A stretch of DNA of 64,000 nucleotides from Spirochaetia bacterium (GTDB lineage Bacteria > Spirochaetota > Spirochaetia > SZUA-6 > Bin103): contig OZ241863.1 of assembly GCA_965203055.1 (NCBI GenBank), forward strand, positions 192,001 through 256,000, given 5' to 3'. The notes below the pieces were generated by a model. That model was not told where the DNA came from. It saw only the letters and a list, made by a program, of their open reading frames with translations, and made no database searches. Positions 1 to 9,391 of the stretch are shown here, in pieces. Numbering within the stretch: position 1 is the stretch's first letter; each line of letters starts with the position of its first letter. Position numbers and translations under genes: made by a program.

Positions 1-3000
1 CGGCCCCGCGCGGATAGGCGTAGGCCACCGGCTCCAGCCCCAGGTCCTCCATCACCTCGAAGCAGAGCCGGAACGAATCGTAGGCCTGAGCGTAGGTGAG
101 GGCGTCGTGATCGACGTGCCAGTGCCCGTGTCCGAAGAAGCCGAACCCGTGGGCGGTGAGCGACAGGCTGTGCTCGATCGCGGCGTCGGTCATCGGTCGG
201 TACAGGTCGCCGGGAACGACGTCCGGGACCAGCTCGGTCAAGTCGTGCTCGACCCAATCGGGCACCTGGTCGAGGTAACGCTGGGTGACTATCTCGTAGT
301 CCAGCACCAGCCCCTCATCCAGTACCAGCTTGTCGATCCGGTTGGGCGCCCTGGACACGCCGTCATAGGTGATGGAGATCGCCGCGGCATGGTCGTCGAA
401 CCACTTCGCGATGGTGAGTTCGGGAGGCGCGGGAGGCGGCCGGCTGGCGGTGAACTCCGCGGCCCACAGCGGCTCGCCGCCGGCGGCGGCCTGCTGGCCG
501 GTGCGGATGCCGGCGATTTCATAGGCGGGAAGCGGAACCACGGCCCGGCACCTTCCGTCGGCCGCCACGCCGTAGTCGCGGAAGTCGAACTCCAGATGGT
601 CGAAGCCCTCGGCCGCGGCCGGGCGGAGGCGCAGGAAGAACTGCGCCCGGACATCTTCGGCGGCGCACGGCTCCTTGAGGTAGACCAGCGTGTTTCCGCG
701 CCAGTGGACGGCGAAGTCGCGGCGCGCCCGCGGTTCGGTCAGCGTTACGTTCCAGAGTTGCCCGTCGCGCGGCGTAAACTGGCCGGTCGCAAGGTAGGCG
801 ATGCGGTAGTCGGGAAGATCGCGGATCGCCACGCAGCGACCGCGGTAGTGGAACCCGTGGCGGTCGAAGTCGAAGTCCAGGTTGTGAAACGCCCACGAGT
901 GTAAGGGGAGATCGTTGTGGTTGACCGGGTGGACGTGGAGGAAGAACCGCGCCGCGGCGTCAGCGTCCCCACACCCGCTCTTGAAGTAGATCAGCCGGTT
1001 GGCGGCGGCGTCCAGGTAGACCGTGAACCCGGATTGAACGCCGATGCCGGCATCCTGCAGCAGGGGGCGCATGAAGCCGTCCGCTTCCGGCGTCCCGTCC
1101 GGCGCCCCGCTTCGCAGGATGACGCCGTCGTCCACGGCGGCCGCGACCTCCATTCCCGGCGTTCGTATCAATGTCTCCAGGTCGTAGCCGTGCCGTCCCG
1201 AGTCCTGGTAGAACCAGACGACGTAGTGCTCCCGGCCGGCGGCTCCTTCTGCGGCAAGCCGAGCCCGCGTCGGGGAGAGCTCCCGCGGAAGCTGATGCGG
1301 ACCGGTATCCGCCGCCGTCGTCAGCAGGTAGAGCGCGGCGCCGTCGGTGCCGAGGAGCGGGGCCGCGGGCGTGCCGCCGGCGGCGTTCAGGTAGCGCATT
1401 ACGGCGGACTCCGACCAGCGCCGCGAGGCGTAGCCGCCGCCGTTCGCGAGCCACTGGTTCACGTGTTCGGTAGTCGCTCCCACCTGCGGCGCGAACCATG
1501 TCGAGAACAGCAGCGCGGCGGCGAGCCGCCGCCTCACCAGCCCGCGCCGCTCCGGCCGAAGGGCGGCGATCAACCGGTCCAGGACGACCGCTGCCGTAAC
1601 CAGCAACGGCGGGAACAGCGGCGCCAGGTGCCTGAGCTCCAGCGCGGCGTCGGCGGCGGGAAGGGCTAGCAGCAGATACAGCGCGTACGCCGCCGCGAAC
1701 ACGAGGGCCATGGCCGCGGCGTGAGGTGCCGGCAGGAGTTGGGAACGGGCCCGCGCGAGCAGGTACCCGGCGCCGGCCGCCGGTACCAGCAGAACCGCAA
1801 TCCGCAACCCGAGCACGGCCGCGCGGGGATATCCCGCGGCGCCGGCGCCCGCGATTCCCCGGGCCAGCCGGTCCAGCAGGCCGAGCCCGGCGCCTCCGAT
1901 GAGCCAGCGGACGAGTTCGCTGGTGGCGGTGTGGAGACTCGGCAGCGGCAGGAATCCGCCGGAACCGGCCGTTGCCAGTGACGCGCCGCTCACCACGACG
2001 CTGCTCACCAGCCATGCCCCGACCGGCGCCGCCGCTACGCCGCTCCAGACCGCGGCGTGCGCCAGCCGGCTCCGCACCGCGGCGGTTCTCGGCAGCAGCA
2101 GGAGCAGCGCCCCGCTGCCGATCAGCGCCACCCCGGCGTAGTGCGTCAGGCAAGCGGCGGCCGCCGCCGCCGCCGCCAGGAGGAGCGACGACCGCCGTCC
2201 GGTGCGCAGAAAGCGGTCCAGCGTGGCCAGCGCCGCGACGGCGAACAGGATGAACGGGATCTCGGGCCATGCGTACACCGCGACGTCGACCAGCGAGGTC
2301 GACAGGACGCAGGCGCAGGCCGCCCAGACGGCCAGCAGCCGGGATCGGACGCGGCTGCGCACCCATGTGGCCACGGCGTATACCGTCAGACCGAAGGCGG
2401 CGGCATTGACGTATCCCGCCGCCGTGACCGCGTCCGCTCCGAACAGGCCGGCGCCCGCCAGGGTCAGCGGGAAGAGCGGCGCCGCGACTCGATACGAGGC
2501 GCCCAGAAAGGTGACCAGCCCGTTGCCGTCCAGCAGGTTGCGCGCGACCGACACGTACAACGCCGAGTCGGCCGTCAGCCCCGGCCCGTAGGCGGCCTCC
2601 CGCAGCAGCACCAGCAGCGCGCCGACCCCGCCGAGCGCCGCCAGCAACATCGGCAACCCGTCCAGCCGGGCTGCCCGGCGAACGGCGCCGCTGCGCGCCA
2701 GAGCGCGCCGGGCGGCGTTCGCGGCGTTCGCGGCGCGGCTGCGCGCCAGAGCGCGCCGGGCGGCGTTCGCGGCGTTCGCGGCGCGCCGGGCCAAGCCGGT
2801 CTCCAGGACGGCCGCGAGCGCGGCGCACAGCGGCAGCGCGTACGGCACGAACAGGTATCGCCCGCGGCGGTAGATCAGGTCGTCGGGCACCAGCAGCTGC
2901 ACGGAGGCAAGCGCCATGAGCGCCGCGATCCACCCCATGGCGCGCAGCGGCGCCGGGCGGCCGCTGCGCGCCTGCAGGGCCGCGGCCCAGGCGGCCGCGG

Positions 3001-4171
3001 CGCACGCCAGGGCCGCGGCCCCGGTCAGGATACTGCCGGCCGGCGCGCTTCCCAACCCGACCTGCCAGTACGGCTCGAGAACGCCTGCGGTATCAAGGAG
3101 TCGATCACGAGTCTGCCGGCCGACGGTCAGGTCCAGGACGAAGAGCCACCTGCTGGTCAAGATCCGCCACGTCAGTCCATCCTGCGGTGCCCCTTCGCAC
3201 GCTGCCCGCCACGCGAACCAGTCGGGAACGAGACACGCCTCGAGCGCCATCTTGGCCGCCTGACCCAAGGCGTACGCGGCTGCGAATCCGGCGACGCAGA
3301 GCCCGATGCACCCGCCGGCGAGCCGCGCCCTGCGGGCCGGTTCGCCTTGGTGGCCGTACCCGAAGTAGACCAGCATGCCGATGAGCGTGAACAGCGGGAT
3401 GGTGATCGCGTCGCCCAGCGACAGGTAGGCCGCCACCATGCCGGCGGCGAAGCAGACCAGCCGCGTCAGCCGCAGGCGCGTCTCCGGCGGGATCCCCGCC
3501 GGCAGCCGCGCGCGCATGACGACGACCAGCGCGACGGCCGCCCAGACCGTCCAAGCGTACGGCATGCCGTTGGGTGCGCCGGAGAACCAGCGGATGCCGG
3601 AGAACAGGCCGCCGAAGAGGATCAGCGGCGCCAGGATGACCAGCGTGCGGGGCGCGAGCAGCAGCAGCGCGGCCGCCAGCGCGATCCAACCGGCGTACGC
3701 GGCATACCGTATCAGCATGCGGATGTCTCGCACGGAAAAGGTGCGCAGCAAGATGGCATAGAGCGCCTTGCTTCCCCACCAGTATTGCGGCGATGAGAAT
3801 TCCTCGTCGACGCGCATCCCGTTTACGGCGTCCGCCAGCTCGTCGCAGTAATCGTAGTAGTAGCCGGTTCCCGGCACCAGCACCTTCGGCAGCACCGCGT
3901 CAAGCAGAGCGTTGCCGCCGGTCTCCTGCGGCAGGAACGCCCCGGCCAGGACCATCGCCGACAGCTTGCAGTGCTCGAACGGAGTCTTGAATCCCGCGGC
4001 GATGCCCGCGTCGGGCCGTTCCGCCTCGAAATCCGCCGCGAACCGCTGCGCCGCGGTGCGGTAGTGAATCTGATTGCCGAGGTGGTGCAGGAATATGAAC
4101 AGCGCGGTGCCGGCCAGCGCGGCCGCGGCGTAGACCGCGACCGCCCGCAGGCGCCGCCGCCGGGGGGGCAT
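1..4171 (-). CDS. Giant multidomain membrane protein (3' end outside window): two multi-TM GT-C/ArnT-like regions, two tandem Cys-containing ~95-aa domains and a polysaccharide deacetylase (CE4-like) domain
   Basis: Manual translation: frame open from ATG 4171 (alternative GTG 4201) to position 1, so absent from the ORF track. Contains DSALYVSVARNL and WPEIPF membrane motifs, two LxYxKxxC...FFL...F.FD...GRC...LPxY.I..TGQ domains, and ITYDG / HGHWH / YAYPRG motifs. Confidence 0.8.
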   Translation of the reverse strand, partial: MPPRRRRLRAVAVYAAAALAGTALFIFLHHLGNQIHYRTAAQRFAADFEAERPDAGIAAGFKTPFEHCKLSAMVLAGAFLPQETGGNALLDAVLPKVLVPGTGYYYDYCDELADAVNGMRVDEEFSSPQYWWGSKALYAILLRTFSVRDIRMLIRYAAYAGWIALAAALLLLAPRTLVILAPLILFGGLFSGIRWFSGAPNGMPYAWTVWAAVALVVVMRARLPAGIPPETRLRLTRLVCFAAGMVAAYLSLGDAITIPLFTLIGMLVYFGYGHQGEPARRARLAGGCIGLCVAGFAAAYALGQAAKMALEACLVPDWFAWRAACEGAPQDGLTWRILTSRWLFVLDLTVGRQTRDRLLDTAGVLEPYWQVGLGSAPAGSILTGAAALACAAAAWAAALQARSGRPAPLRAMGWIAALMALASVQLLVPDDLIYRRGRYLFVPYALPLCAALAAVLETGLARRAANAANAARRALARSRAANAANAARRALARSGAVRRAARLDGLPMLLAALGGVGALLVLLREAAYGPGLTADSALYVSVARNLLDGNGLVTFLGASYRVAAPLFPLTLAGAGLFGADAVTAAGYVNAAAFGLTVYAVATWVRSRVRSRLLAVWAACACVLSTSLVDVAVYAWPEIPFILFAVAALATLDRFLRTGRRSSLLLAAAAAAAACLTHYAGVALIGSGALLLLLPRTAAVRSRLAHAAVWSGVAAAPVGAWLVSSVVVSGASLATAGSGGFLPLPSLHTATSELVRWLIGGAGLGLLDRLARGIAGAGAAGYPRAAVLGLRIAVLLVPAAGAGYLLARARSQLLPAPHAAAMALVFAAAYALYLLLALPAADAALELRHLAPLFPPLLVTAAVVLDRLIAALRPERRGLVRRRLAAALLFSTWFAPQVGATTEHVNQWLANGGGYASRRWSESAVMRYLNAAGGTPAAPLLGTDGAALYLLTTAADTGPHQLPRELSPTRARLAAEGAAGREHYVVWFYQDSGRHGYDLETLIRTPGMEVAAAVDDGVILRSGAPDGTPEADGFMRPLLQDAGIGVQSGFTVYLDAAANRLIYFKSGCGDADAAARFFLHVHPVNHNDLPLHSWAFHNLDFDFDRHGFHYRGRCVAIRDLPDYRIAYLATGQFTPRDGQLWNVTLTEPRARRDFAVHWRGNTLVYLKEPCAAEDVRAQFFLRLRPAAAEGFDHLEFDFRDYGVAADGRCRAVVPLPAYEIAGIRTGQQAAAGGEPLWAAEFTASRPPPAPPELTIAKWFDDHAAAISITYDGVSRAPNRIDKLVLDEGLVLDYEIVTQRYLDQVPDWVEHDLTELVPDVVPGDLYRPMTDAAIEHSLSLTAHGFGFFGHGHWHVDHDALTYAQAYDSFRLCFEVMEDLGLEPVAYAYPRGA
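2691..2784. repeat. 48-bp in-frame tandem duplication encoding an Ala/Arg linker (RAANAANAARRALARS x2)
   Basis: ctgcgcgccagagcgcgccgggcggcgttcgcggcgttcgcggcgc starts at both 2691 and 2739. Confidence 0.85.
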
Positions 4172-4306
4172 CCCAGCCTCGGCCGCCGCCGCCCCGGTCA
4201 CGCCGCCGGCCACGCGGCGGCCGCGCCGCGCCGGCCGGCGCGGCCGGTTGCATCGAGCGCGGCTCGTTTGTACTCTGCCGGTCCTGTCCCCCGCAGCGAA
4301 CCCGGC

Positions 4307-5479
4307 ATGTCCGATACGTCACACCCAGCGCGCGCGCAGTACAACCTGACGATCCTGATTCTATGCCGCAACGAGGAGGGAGCTATCGCCCACTGCGTCG
4401 GCGAAGCGCGCGGATTCCTGGAACGAAACGCCATCGACGGCGAGGTCGTGGTGGTGGACAACGGCAGCCGCGACCGCTCGGCGGAGCTGGCCGGAGAGGC
4501 CGGCGCACGCGTGGTGGCAGAACCTAGCGCCGGTTACGGCAACGCCATCAACGCCGGCATCGAAGCCGCTCGCGGGCAGTTCATCATCTTGGGAGACGGC
4601 GACGGCGAACATGATCTGGGAGCGCTGGAAGCATACTACGAAAAGCTGCGCGGCGGCTACGACTTCGTGTTCGGGAACCGGTTCGCGCAAGGCGTCCACG
4701 CCTCGGGCCGGCTGCGCAACGCCGGCACCGCGGTGTTGTCCGGCGTCGGCAAGCTGCTGTTCCGATCACCGGTCAGCGACTTCAACTGCGGCCTGCGGGG
4801 GTTCAAGGCGTCCAGCGCCCGTTCCCTCGGGCTGCGCTGCTCCGGGATGGAGGCCGCCAGCGAGATGATCGTCAAGGCGGTGCAGGCGGACATGCGCATC
4901 GCCGAAGTGCCGGTGGTGCAGCGCAGCGCGCTCGATCCGGAGCGCGCCTCGCACCTGCGGGTGTGGAGCGACGGCTGGCGTCATCTGCGGCTCCTGTTGA
5001 TGCTGTCGCCGCGCTGGCTGTACCTCTATCCGGGGTGTCTGCTGCTGGCGGCCGGAGCGCTGGCGATACTCGTCCCCATTCTGGACCCCGTCGAAGCGGG
5101 CGGCGACTACGGATCGCACACCATGCTGTTCGGTTCCGCCTTCGTGGTGTGCGGCGTCCAGCTCGTCATCTTCTCGCTGCTGGCACACCTCTTCTGCGAG
5201 AACATCGGCCTGGCGGCCGGGCGCTGGTCGGCGCGCCTGAGAAGTGGCCGCGTCCTCGACGGCAGCCTGGCGGCCGGCCTGCTGATGGTGCTGCTCGGAG
5301 CGGCGGGAAGCATCTGGAGCCTGTACGTATGGGCGAGGACCAGTGGGCCGGACCTCGAGACGCGGATGCGAGTCGCGATTTCCTCCGTTACCGTGCTGAT
5401 CTGCGGCGTGCAACTGATCTTCTCGGCGTTCTTCTTCGCGCTGCTGGCAACCCAGGGGACCATGCGCGACCGGAGCTAG
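4307..5479 (+). CDS. GT2 glycosyltransferase, polyprenol-phosphate glycosyltransferase-like, with C-terminal TM helices
   Basis: CRNEE, VVDNGSRD, GYGNA, DGDGEHD and DFNCGLRGF motifs; hydrophobic C-terminus; ATG 4307 chosen as start. Confidence 0.9.
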   Translation: MSDTSHPARAQYNLTILILCRNEEGAIAHCVGEARGFLERNAIDGEVVVVDNGSRDRSAELAGEAGARVVAEPSAGYGNAINAGIEAARGQFIILGDGDGEHDLGALEAYYEKLRGGYDFVFGNRFAQGVHASGRLRNAGTAVLSGVGKLLFRSPVSDFNCGLRGFKASSARSLGLRCSGMEAASEMIVKAVQADMRIAEVPVVQRSALDPERASHLRVWSDGWRHLRLLLMLSPRWLYLYPGCLLLAAGALAILVPILDPVEAGGDYGSHTMLFGSAFVVCGVQLVIFSLLAHLFCENIGLAAGRWSARLRSGRVLDGSLAAGLLMVLLGAAGSIWSLYVWARTSGPDLETRMRVAISSVTVLICGVQLIFSAFFFALLATQGTMRDRS

Positions 5480-5504
5480 CGACCGCCGGGTCACCCCGCG
5501 CTTG

Positions 5505-6494
5505 TCACTTTTCCGGCTGCGCCTGCGCGCGCGGCGTCGCCATGATCTCGCGCGGCTCACCCGGTCCGGCGGCGTTGCGGGCTCGCACCTGGATCCGGTA
5601 GAGCACGCCGTTGGACAGGCCGGGCAGCGTCTGGCTGGTGGTCAGGTAGGTGCTGTCGGCGACGGTTCTCCAGCTCCGCCAGTCGGCGTCGCCGGGGCCG
5701 CGCAGCCGGAACTCGTAGGCGGTGATGCCGGCGTCGCCCGGATCCTCCCAGGCGAGGTCGATGCGGTGGTCGCCGGCCAGCGCCGTCAGACCGGCCGGCG
5801 CCGCGGGGGGCGCGCCGGTAGGCGCCGGCGGGCGCGGCGTCGCCGAGGTACCGCTCGGCGGGCTGGCGCCGGCGGCGTTGCGGGCGCGTACCTGGATCTG
5901 ATAGAGCGCGCCGTTGGACAGGCCGCGCCGCAGCGTGTGCCTGGTCGTCGCGTGCGTACTGCCGGGGACGGCTTGCCAGCGTGGCCAGTCGGATTCGCCC
6001 GCGCGGCGAAACCGGAACTCGTAGGAGGCGATGCCGGCGTCACCGGGATCGTTCCAGCCGATGCTGATGCTGCCGTCGCCCGCCCGCGCCGTCAAACCGG
6101 CCGGCGCGGCCGGCGCCAGCGGGCGCGGCGTCGCCGAGGTCGGGCTCGGCTCACCCGGTCCGGCGGCGTTGAGGGCGCGCACCTGGATCTGATAGAGCAC
6201 GCCGGCAGTCAAGTTTGGCAGCGTATGGCTGGTCGTGCCGTGCGAGCTGTTGGCGAGCGGTCTCCAGGGCCGCCATTCGGCGTCGCCGGGGGCGCGCAAC
6301 CGCACCTCGTAGGAGGCGATGTCGGCGTCGCGCGGGTCGTCCCAGCGGAGGTTGATGCTGCGGTCTCCGGGCAGCGCCATCAAACCGGCCGGCGCGGCGG
6401 GCGGCATGCTCGGTTGCGGCAGTTCCGTAGCGCAGCTTGCCAGCGCAATCACTACTCCGAACGCACTCAGGCGCTTGCTCATTCCGCTTGTCAC
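5505..6494 (-). CDS. Lipoprotein with 3 fibronectin type III repeats
   Basis: Lipobox LASC; three PAAPAGL..GD..I.L.W.DP.DA.I..YE...L.NG.LY.IQVRA.NAAG units. Confidence 0.88.
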   Translation of the reverse strand: MTSGMSKRLSAFGVVIALASCATELPQPSMPPAAPAGLMALPGDRSINLRWDDPRDADIASYEVRLRAPGDAEWRPWRPLANSSHGTTSHTLPNLTAGVLYQIQVRALNAAGPGEPSPTSATPRPLAPAAPAGLTARAGDGSISIGWNDPGDAGIASYEFRFRRAGESDWPRWQAVPGSTHATTRHTLRRGLSNGALYQIQVRARNAAGASPPSGTSATPRPPAPTGAPPAAPAGLTALAGDHRIDLAWEDPGDAGITAYEFRLRGPGDADWRSWRTVADSTYLTTSQTLPGLSNGVLYRIQVRARNAAGPGEPREIMATPRAQAQPEK

Positions 6495-7438
6495 AGGATT
6501 CCCTCCGTGTTCCTCTGGCGCAGATAATGTACGGTGCGGGCGACTCCTTCGGCGAGCGCGACCGCGGGCCGCCAGCCGAGCAGGTCGGCGGCCCGCGATA
6601 CGTCGAGCCAGCTCTCGCGCACTTCACCGGGCCGCGCCGGTCCGGCGGCCGCTGTGAGGTCGGAGCCGCACGCGGAGCGAATCAATCGAAACAGGTCGCC
6701 CGTGTGGACCGGGTTCCCCCCCGAGATGTTGAACGGCCCGGCGGCGCTGCTCTCCAGGGCGCGCAAGTTGGCCTGCGCTACGTCATCCACGTGCACGTAG
6801 TCGCGGGTCATCCCCGCGGGCTGATCGGGGAAGGCATAGATGGTCGGCCGTTCACCGCGCAGCAGCTTCTCGCTGAAGATGGCGACTACGCCGGCCTCGC
6901 CGTGTGGATCCTGGCGCGCGCCGTACACGTTGCCGTAGCGCAGCGCGACCGAATCGAGACCATGCTCCCGCCGGTAGAACTCCAGGTAGCGCTCGCCGGT
7001 CATCTTGTGGATGCCATAGAGAGACCGCGGCCGCAACGGCGCGTCCTCGGGAGTCGGCCGCGCCGCGGCGTCGCCGTAGACGGCGCCGCCGCTGGAGGAG
7101 AACAGGAAGCGGCCGACCTCGTGCTCCACGCAGCTTTGCAGGGTGGCGAGCAATCCCAGGCAATTTACGCGGGCGTCGAGCTGCGGATCGCGCGCCGAGA
7201 CGGCGATGCTCGTCTGGGCAGCGTGATGGCTGACCAGGTGCGGACGCTCCTTGGCGAGGATCGCGGAAAACTCCGGGCCGCCGGCGTCCGCTACGTGGAG
7301 CCGGGCGCCGCGCGGCACCTGTTCCGCTCGTCCGCTGCGCAAGTTGTCCACGACCGCCACTTCGTGGCCGGCGGCGAGGAAGAGCTCCGCCACGTGCGAG
7401 CCGATGAAGCCGGCCCCGCCGGTAATCAGAGTCTTCAT
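6491..7438 (-). CDS. NAD-dependent epimerase/dehydratase (UDP-glucose 4-epimerase-like)
   Basis: TGGAGFIG, YGIHK (YxxxK), RYGNVYG, RDYVHV. Confidence 0.92.
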   Translation of the reverse strand: MKTLITGGAGFIGSHVAELFLAAGHEVAVVDNLRSGRAEQVPRGARLHVADAGGPEFSAILAKERPHLVSHHAAQTSIAVSARDPQLDARVNCLGLLATLQSCVEHEVGRFLFSSSGGAVYGDAAARPTPEDAPLRPRSLYGIHKMTGERYLEFYRREHGLDSVALRYGNVYGARQDPHGEAGVVAIFSEKLLRGERPTIYAFPDQPAGMTRDYVHVDDVAQANLRALESSAAGPFNISGGNPVHTGDLFRLIRSACGSDLTAAAGPARPGEVRESWLDVSRAADLLGWRPAVALAEGVARTVHYLRQRNTEGIL

Positions 7439-7453
7439 TCGCTGCCGCCCGCC

Positions 7454-9391
7454 TCACTTGGTGTGCGAGGTGGACCGATTCGGCGTTGCCGAAGTCTGGC
7501 TCGGCTCACTCGGTCCGGCGGCGTTGCGGGCGCGCACCTGGATCTGGTAGAGCACGCCGTTGGTCAGGCCGGGCAGGAGGTGGCCGGTCGTGGTGTGCGT
7601 GCTGCCGTCGATGGCCCGCCAGCGCCGCCAGTCGGCGTCGCGCGGGGCGCGCAGCCGGAACTCGTAGGAGGCGATGCCGGCGTCGCCCGGGTCGTCCCAG
7701 CCGAGGCTGATGCTCAGGTCACCGGGCCGCGCCGTCAGACCGGTGGGCGCCTCAGGCGGCGCGCCGCGGGGGGCCGGCGGACGCGGCGTCGCCGAAATCT
7801 CGCCGGGCGCGCCGGCCCCGGCGGCGTTGCGGGCGCGCACCTGGATCTGGTAGAGCACGCCGTTGGCCAAGCCGCGCAGCAGGGTATAGCCGGTGGTGTC
7901 GTGAGAACTGCCGGCGATCGGCCTCCAGTCGGGCCAGTAGGCGTCCTGGGCGGGGCGGATGCGATACTCGTAGGAGGCGATGCCGGGGTCGCCCGGATCG
8001 TTCCAACTGAGGCTGATGCTGCGGTCTCCGGTCAGCGCCGCCAGCGCGCCCGGCGCTGCCGGCAGCAGCGGGCGCGGCGTGGCGGAGGTCTCGCCGGGCG
8101 CGCCGGGGCCGGCGGCGTTGCGGGCGCGTATCTGGATCTGGTAGAGCACGCCGTTGGCCAGGCCGCGCAGCAGGGTATAGCCGATGGTGTCGTAGGAACT
8201 GCCGGCGATCGGCCTCCAGTCGGGCCAGTCGGCGTGCTGCGCGGGGCGGATGCGGTACTCGTAGGAGGCGATGCCGGGGTCGCCGGGATCGTTCCAGTCG
8301 AGGCTGATGCTGCGGTCGCCCGGCAGCGAGGTGAGGCCGCTCGGCGCCGCCGGAGGCGGTGGGAGCGGCGTTGCGGAGGTCTCGCCGGGGGCGCCGGGGC
8401 CGGCGGCGCTGCGGGCGCGTATCTGGATCTGGTAGAGCAGGCCGTTGGCGAGGCCGCGCAGGAGCGTAAAGCCGGTGGTCGCGTGGGAGCTGCCGGCGAT
8501 CGCGTTCCAGTCGGGCCAGTCGGCGTGCTGCGCGGGGCGGATGCGGTACTCGTAGGAGGCGATGGCGGGATCGCCGGGGTCGTTCCAGTCGAGGCTGATG
8601 CTGCGGTCGCCCGGCAGCGCGGTAAGGCCGCTCGGCGCGTCCGGCGGCGGCGAGAGCGGCGTTGCGGAGATCTCGCTGGCCGCCCCGGTGCCGGCGGCGT
8701 TCAGGGCGCGTACCTGGATCCGGTAGGCAACGCCGGCAGTCAGGCCGGGCAGGGTGTGGCTGGTAGTCGCGTGGGTACTGCCGGCGGCGATCTTCCAGTC
8801 CCGCCAATCGGCGTCGCGGGGAGCGCGCAGGCGCACTTCGTAGGAGACGATGCCGGCGTCGTGCGGGTCGTCCCAGTCGAGGTCGATGCTGCGGTCGCCC
8901 GGTTGCGCCGTCAGACCGCCCGGCGCCGCCGGTGCCAGCGGCAGCGGCGTTGCGGAGGTTTCGCTCGGCGGGCTGACGCCGGCCGCGCTGCGCGCGCGCA
9001 CCTGGATCCGGTAGGGCACGCCGGGGGTCAGACCGGGCAGCGCGTGGCTGGTAGTCGCGCCGGTACTGCCGGCGACGACCTTCCAGCTCCGCCAGTCGGC
9101 GTCGCGGGGAGCGCGCAGGCGCACTTCGTAGGAGACGATGCCGGCGTCGTGCGGGTCGTCCCAGTCGAGGTCGATGCTGCGGTCGCCCGGTCGCGCCGTC
9201 AGGCCGCCCGGCGCCGCCGGCGGCGAGGCTTCCGGCGCCGCTTCCGGCAGCTCGGACGGCGCTTCCGGCGCCGCCGGCCCCGGCGCGCCTGCCGCCGGCG
9301 AAACGCAGCTCGCCGCGCCAAGTACCACCGCCGCCACTGCCAAGGTTCCTGCCAATGGCATTACCAGTCGTTTGATCATTCCGCTTGTCAT
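7454..9391 (-). CDS. Probable lipoprotein with 6 fibronectin type III repeats
   Basis: ATG 9391 overlaps the upstream stop (ATGA); signal peptide ending AASC; six ~95-aa FN3 units. Confidence 0.88.
   Translation of the reverse strand: MTSGMIKRLVMPLAGTLAVAAVVLGAASCVSPAAGAPGPAAPEAPSELPEAAPEASPPAAPGGLTARPGDRSIDLDWDDPHDAGIVSYEVRLRAPRDADWRSWKVVAGSTGATTSHALPGLTPGVPYRIQVRARSAAGVSPPSETSATPLPLAPAAPGGLTAQPGDRSIDLDWDDPHDAGIVSYEVRLRAPRDADWRDWKIAAGSTHATTSHTLPGLTAGVAYRIQVRALNAAGTGAASEISATPLSPPPDAPSGLTALPGDRSISLDWNDPGDPAIASYEYRIRPAQHADWPDWNAIAGSSHATTGFTLLRGLANGLLYQIQIRARSAAGPGAPGETSATPLPPPPAAPSGLTSLPGDRSISLDWNDPGDPGIASYEYRIRPAQHADWPDWRPIAGSSYDTIGYTLLRGLANGVLYQIQIRARNAAGPGAPGETSATPRPLLPAAPGALAALTGDRSISLSWNDPGDPGIASYEYRIRPAQDAYWPDWRPIAGSSHDTTGYTLLRGLANGVLYQIQVRARNAAGAGAPGEISATPRPPAPRGAPPEAPTGLTARPGDLSISLGWDDPGDAGIASYEFRLRAPRDADWRRWRAIDGSTHTTTGHLLPGLTNGVLYQIQVRARNAAGPSEPSQTSATPNRSTSHTK

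Noticed and set aside
7454..9230. FN3 repeats as a DGR or invertible system
   Set aside because: No reverse transcriptase or recombinase nearby, and no adenine-specific variation noticed
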